Positions 60,740-64,000 of a stretch of DNA of 64,000 nucleotides are shown here, one piece after another. The translations under genes were made by a program, and so were the position numbers. The notes beneath the pieces are model-generated. The model saw only the letters and a list, made by a program, of their open reading frames with translations. It searched no databases and was not told the origin of the DNA. Source of the DNA: Lingula anatina (lineage: Eukaryota; Animalia; Brachiopoda); assembly GCA_051362555.1 (NCBI GenBank), contig CM120642.1, positions 24,366,001 through 24,430,000 on the forward strand, in the 5' to 3' direction. Each line of letters starts with the position of its first letter. Within the stretch, counting starts at the first letter, position 1.

Positions 60740-61631
60740 ACCTACATGCGTCGAAGTCTAGGCAATGGCAAGGAGTTAAAAAAACGCCTATTATCTTATC
60801 ATAAATTGTTTGACTACCAAGTACATATTATCTTTCGTTTTTCAGTGCGGCGGAAATGACGGGAATACAAAGACTTGTAAAATGCCCAGAGAATACCTCC
60901 ATACGCCATAGGTCTACCAAGTTTCTTTTATTTGTAGTCCAGGAAATACATGTATGCGCGAGCACTATATTAATATTGTTACAGTGGTTTCTATCAATAC
61001 TATATGGAACACGGTCCAAGACAAGATCCACAGGACAAGAAAGGGAAAGGTGGAATATATTGTCCTATGCAGCATTCTATTTCTTAAACATATTGTCATA
61101 GAACAGACTTATATGCACTGTATAATATATACATGTAAAAAAAGTATCTCAGCAGTGTAAAAAGGAATGACACAATAGGTTTTTACTATCATTTATTTCT
61201 CGATGTTTGCATTTTCAGTTGGCAGCCCAATTTTGTAATCAATATAATGTGCTTTATTGTTTTATGTGATGAAACTCTTGGATGACACGATAATTATTAC
61301 AATTATTTTAAATGGTATTTTTTCATCATATTCCGACGTTTTATTCTTGGTTTACGTGGATACATGATAATGTGTCCAAATAGCACCAAAGATGTAAAAT
61401 TTTATTGAGACATTTTAATTGTTTTTCCTTTTTTAAAAATAATTTTTAAAAAGTCTAGACTTGCTTCACCAAAGCTATTTTAACTCATTACATTACTTGC
61501 AATCTACATCTTTGAGTAGTCTTAGAGCTAGGGTCACCTTACCGTCTCTCTGTCGTCTCTCTCTCTCTCTCTACATTTGAGAGCCACGGACTTTATAGGA
61601 GATCATGCTGATTTCTGCTTGCCACAAATCT

Positions 61632-61799
61632 CAGGGGCGGATCCAGAGATATTTTCTGACAGTCTTCCAAATTATCTTTGTTAATCCATCCTCCATTTTT
61701 GACCGTCTTCCGACAGAAAACCTTAGATACCCGTCAATGTAAACTTAAAAATCTGACCGTCTTCCGAAAGACCCAGAAGACGGCCTAAATCCGCCCCTG
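61632..61799. mobile_element. MITE with CAGGGGCGGAT termini
   Basis: TIRs caggggcggatccag / ctaaatccgcccctg, an apparent 5-bp target-site duplication AATCT on both sides, and an internal repeated tgaccgtcttccga. Confidence 0.8.
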
Positions 61800-62690
61800 A
61801 ATCTACCATTCTATCTACTGTACATGTACATATGTCTTGTAATAAAATAAATTTATCATCCATCATCACTATTATTTTCACACAGGATTTTTTTTTACTT
61901 TACTTTATCTCTGACTGTATGTTTGTGTCTGCTTGGTAAACAAGATGAATAAAACTGAATACTGGGACTTCATTACTTCTTTTAGTTGCCCTAAACATGA
62001 ATATATTCTCCGAGTACGTACCTGGGGCTCGTACCTGGGACTGGCTTAAACCAAATTACCCCACCTCTGGTGACTTTTTTAGGTGGACGAGATCAAAAGA
62101 GCCAAATAACAGTAATGTACCACAACTATTTCTTCAACTTTAGAATCGTTACCTGATCTCCCTTTTCCGTCAGCTTTAAGTGGGTGGATATTTATTATTT
62201 AAAATCTATTACTTTGAAGAGACCTTAGTTTCTTATTTAGACTTCTCTTTCATGGTTTGGATTTACATTTAAGATCGAAAATAAATAGTGTAACACTACC
62301 GCTATATTACTGTTTACTGGATTTATATCCCTGTACTGTACCAGACCATGTGACCCCAAGGTTTTCTTTCCTTTTTCTTTTTTTAACTACCTTTTTTAAA
62401 CTAATCATGGCACGTGTAGGTCTACCTTTCTCCTGTATTTGAAGGTCTTTGCCACTGGCGGTTTGAGTTGTTTTGGACCGTCTCATCTGCTGTCTTTAAA
62501 AAACCACAGGAGGGGATCTGCACCAAACAAACTAGCTGCCTGCTGCCTGTCAGTGCCAGTTGTAATTTATTTCTTGTCAATGGACTCTTTGCCCAACACG
62601 ATCGAATTAATTAATTACGTCAACAACAATTGTACTTATGCAACAAGCATTAACATCCCATAGCTGTACATTGTCATACATGGTCCACGT

Positions 62691-62729
<39 letters not shown>

Positions 62730-64000
62730 TTATTCGAGCATTAAATGTGACAGTAACATTTGTTAGCCCTCTATACTACAAATAGATAAATGTTTTAAAG
62801 GTTATACCCAGACAAACTCAACGAGGTAAAAGAGTGCATTTTGTTTTGGTACTGATAACGCAGGATTTCGGTGGGAACCCGACCAATAACTTGAATGCTC
62901 CTCGCTTTTTATTTGTCATTTGTCTCACCAGTTATCCACGCTGCCGAGTTCCATATAGGTAGTTGATAAAGACTATCAGGTTGGATGAATACAAAGAAAG
63001 GCTTGAAAGAGAAAAGGGGTGTTTATATGTTGAAAATCCGAAATATAAAGGTCAAAATCAGAAAAAAAATTTTTTTAAAAAGTTATGCAAGGTGCACATG
63101 TACTTCTTTTAGAACTAACGTTATCTGCAATAAACTCTTCTTCCAGTCGTTACAAATTTTGATAATAATGATCATTTTACACTAGAGAGTATTTGTGAAA
63201 ACGGATGGGGGGGGGGGGGGGGGGGTATCTGGGTCACAACGGCCTGGCACTCATCGTCAAATGATGCAACTTTTTGTAGATCAAATTATTTCTGTGCGCG
63301 CTCTAACCTTCACTTCTGAAAATATAACTATATGCATCTTATGCAGTTCGTCTCTTTCAAATTTAAACAGTGACCTAGACACTCCTGCGGCACCTGTGCG
63401 GAATTTTGAGGCTGGCGCGACAGATATGACGAATTAGAAAATGCAATTTTGATGACATGTTTTCGGTGTTGAACTTTCCTGATTGGTTAATAAGCGAACA
63501 CTGTTGTGTCACCCCCTCGTTTTTCACTAACCTTCTTCAGTTTTATCAACAAACCCGTTTATATAATTTAAATATGTTAAGAAGAAAACTCTGCCGAACA
63601 AACACAAAGTTTGCAGCTTATACCTGTTTACAATCGGACGTAGCGGGACAATTTCACCCCCCCCCCCCAAAAAAAAAAAAAAAAAAAGTTGCAAAAAAAG
63701 TAAAAGTGCCGCCAGTGAGGGGAGGACATACAATATTTACTATGAATTGCTAAAAATATTTTTAATACAGACACGTGTACAGTGCAACACGATTCACACC
63801 AATAACTAAATAAAGTGGAATTGGAAAGACAGTGAAATATGGATAAGATAAGCAAGTACGAGTGAATAAGGTTGAATAGAGAAAGTCCTGTTGCTACCAG
63901 TGAAAGGGAATACTTAGGTTTAACGGGACGGAACACGTTAATATCACCAATAAGTTAATAAAGATCATTTCCATTTTTCATTGCCTATCTACATTGATAT

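Noticed and set aside
61900-64000. Short ORFs and GC-rich patches at the right end
   Set aside because: No recognisable domain or coherent exon chain. Probably repeat fragments whose boundaries I could not define.

Overview
AT-rich, intron-rich animal genomic DNA, probably from a lophotrochozoan or mollusc (inferred from the repeat types, not proven). The ORF track is mostly noise because the genes are spliced. I rebuilt exon chains by hand from GT-AG sites and codon phase. From left to right: (1) the 3' part of an MGA-like bHLH-Zip transcription factor (+, to 8431); (2) a complete doublecortin-like kinase, DCLK (+, 10591-30158); (3) PAICS (-, 33924-39693) and (4) PPAT (+, 40250-51853), head-to-head across 556 bp containing an E-box; (5) a short secreted ADAMTS-like M12B metalloprotease with no recognisable TSP1 repeat (+, 54874 to about 60739). 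The most notable observation is an intact two-exon Myb/SANT-like (Harbinger-type) DNA-binding domain inside PAICS intron 1 on the same strand. Its phase-1 donors could splice in frame into PAICS exon 2. The window also holds an inverted pair of decayed minimal hammerhead ribozyme motifs in PAICS intron 2, several PIF/Harbinger-type MITEs, a 3.3-kb Helentron-like (HINE) element, and a duplicated upstream segment before the protease gene. No database search or expression data was available.
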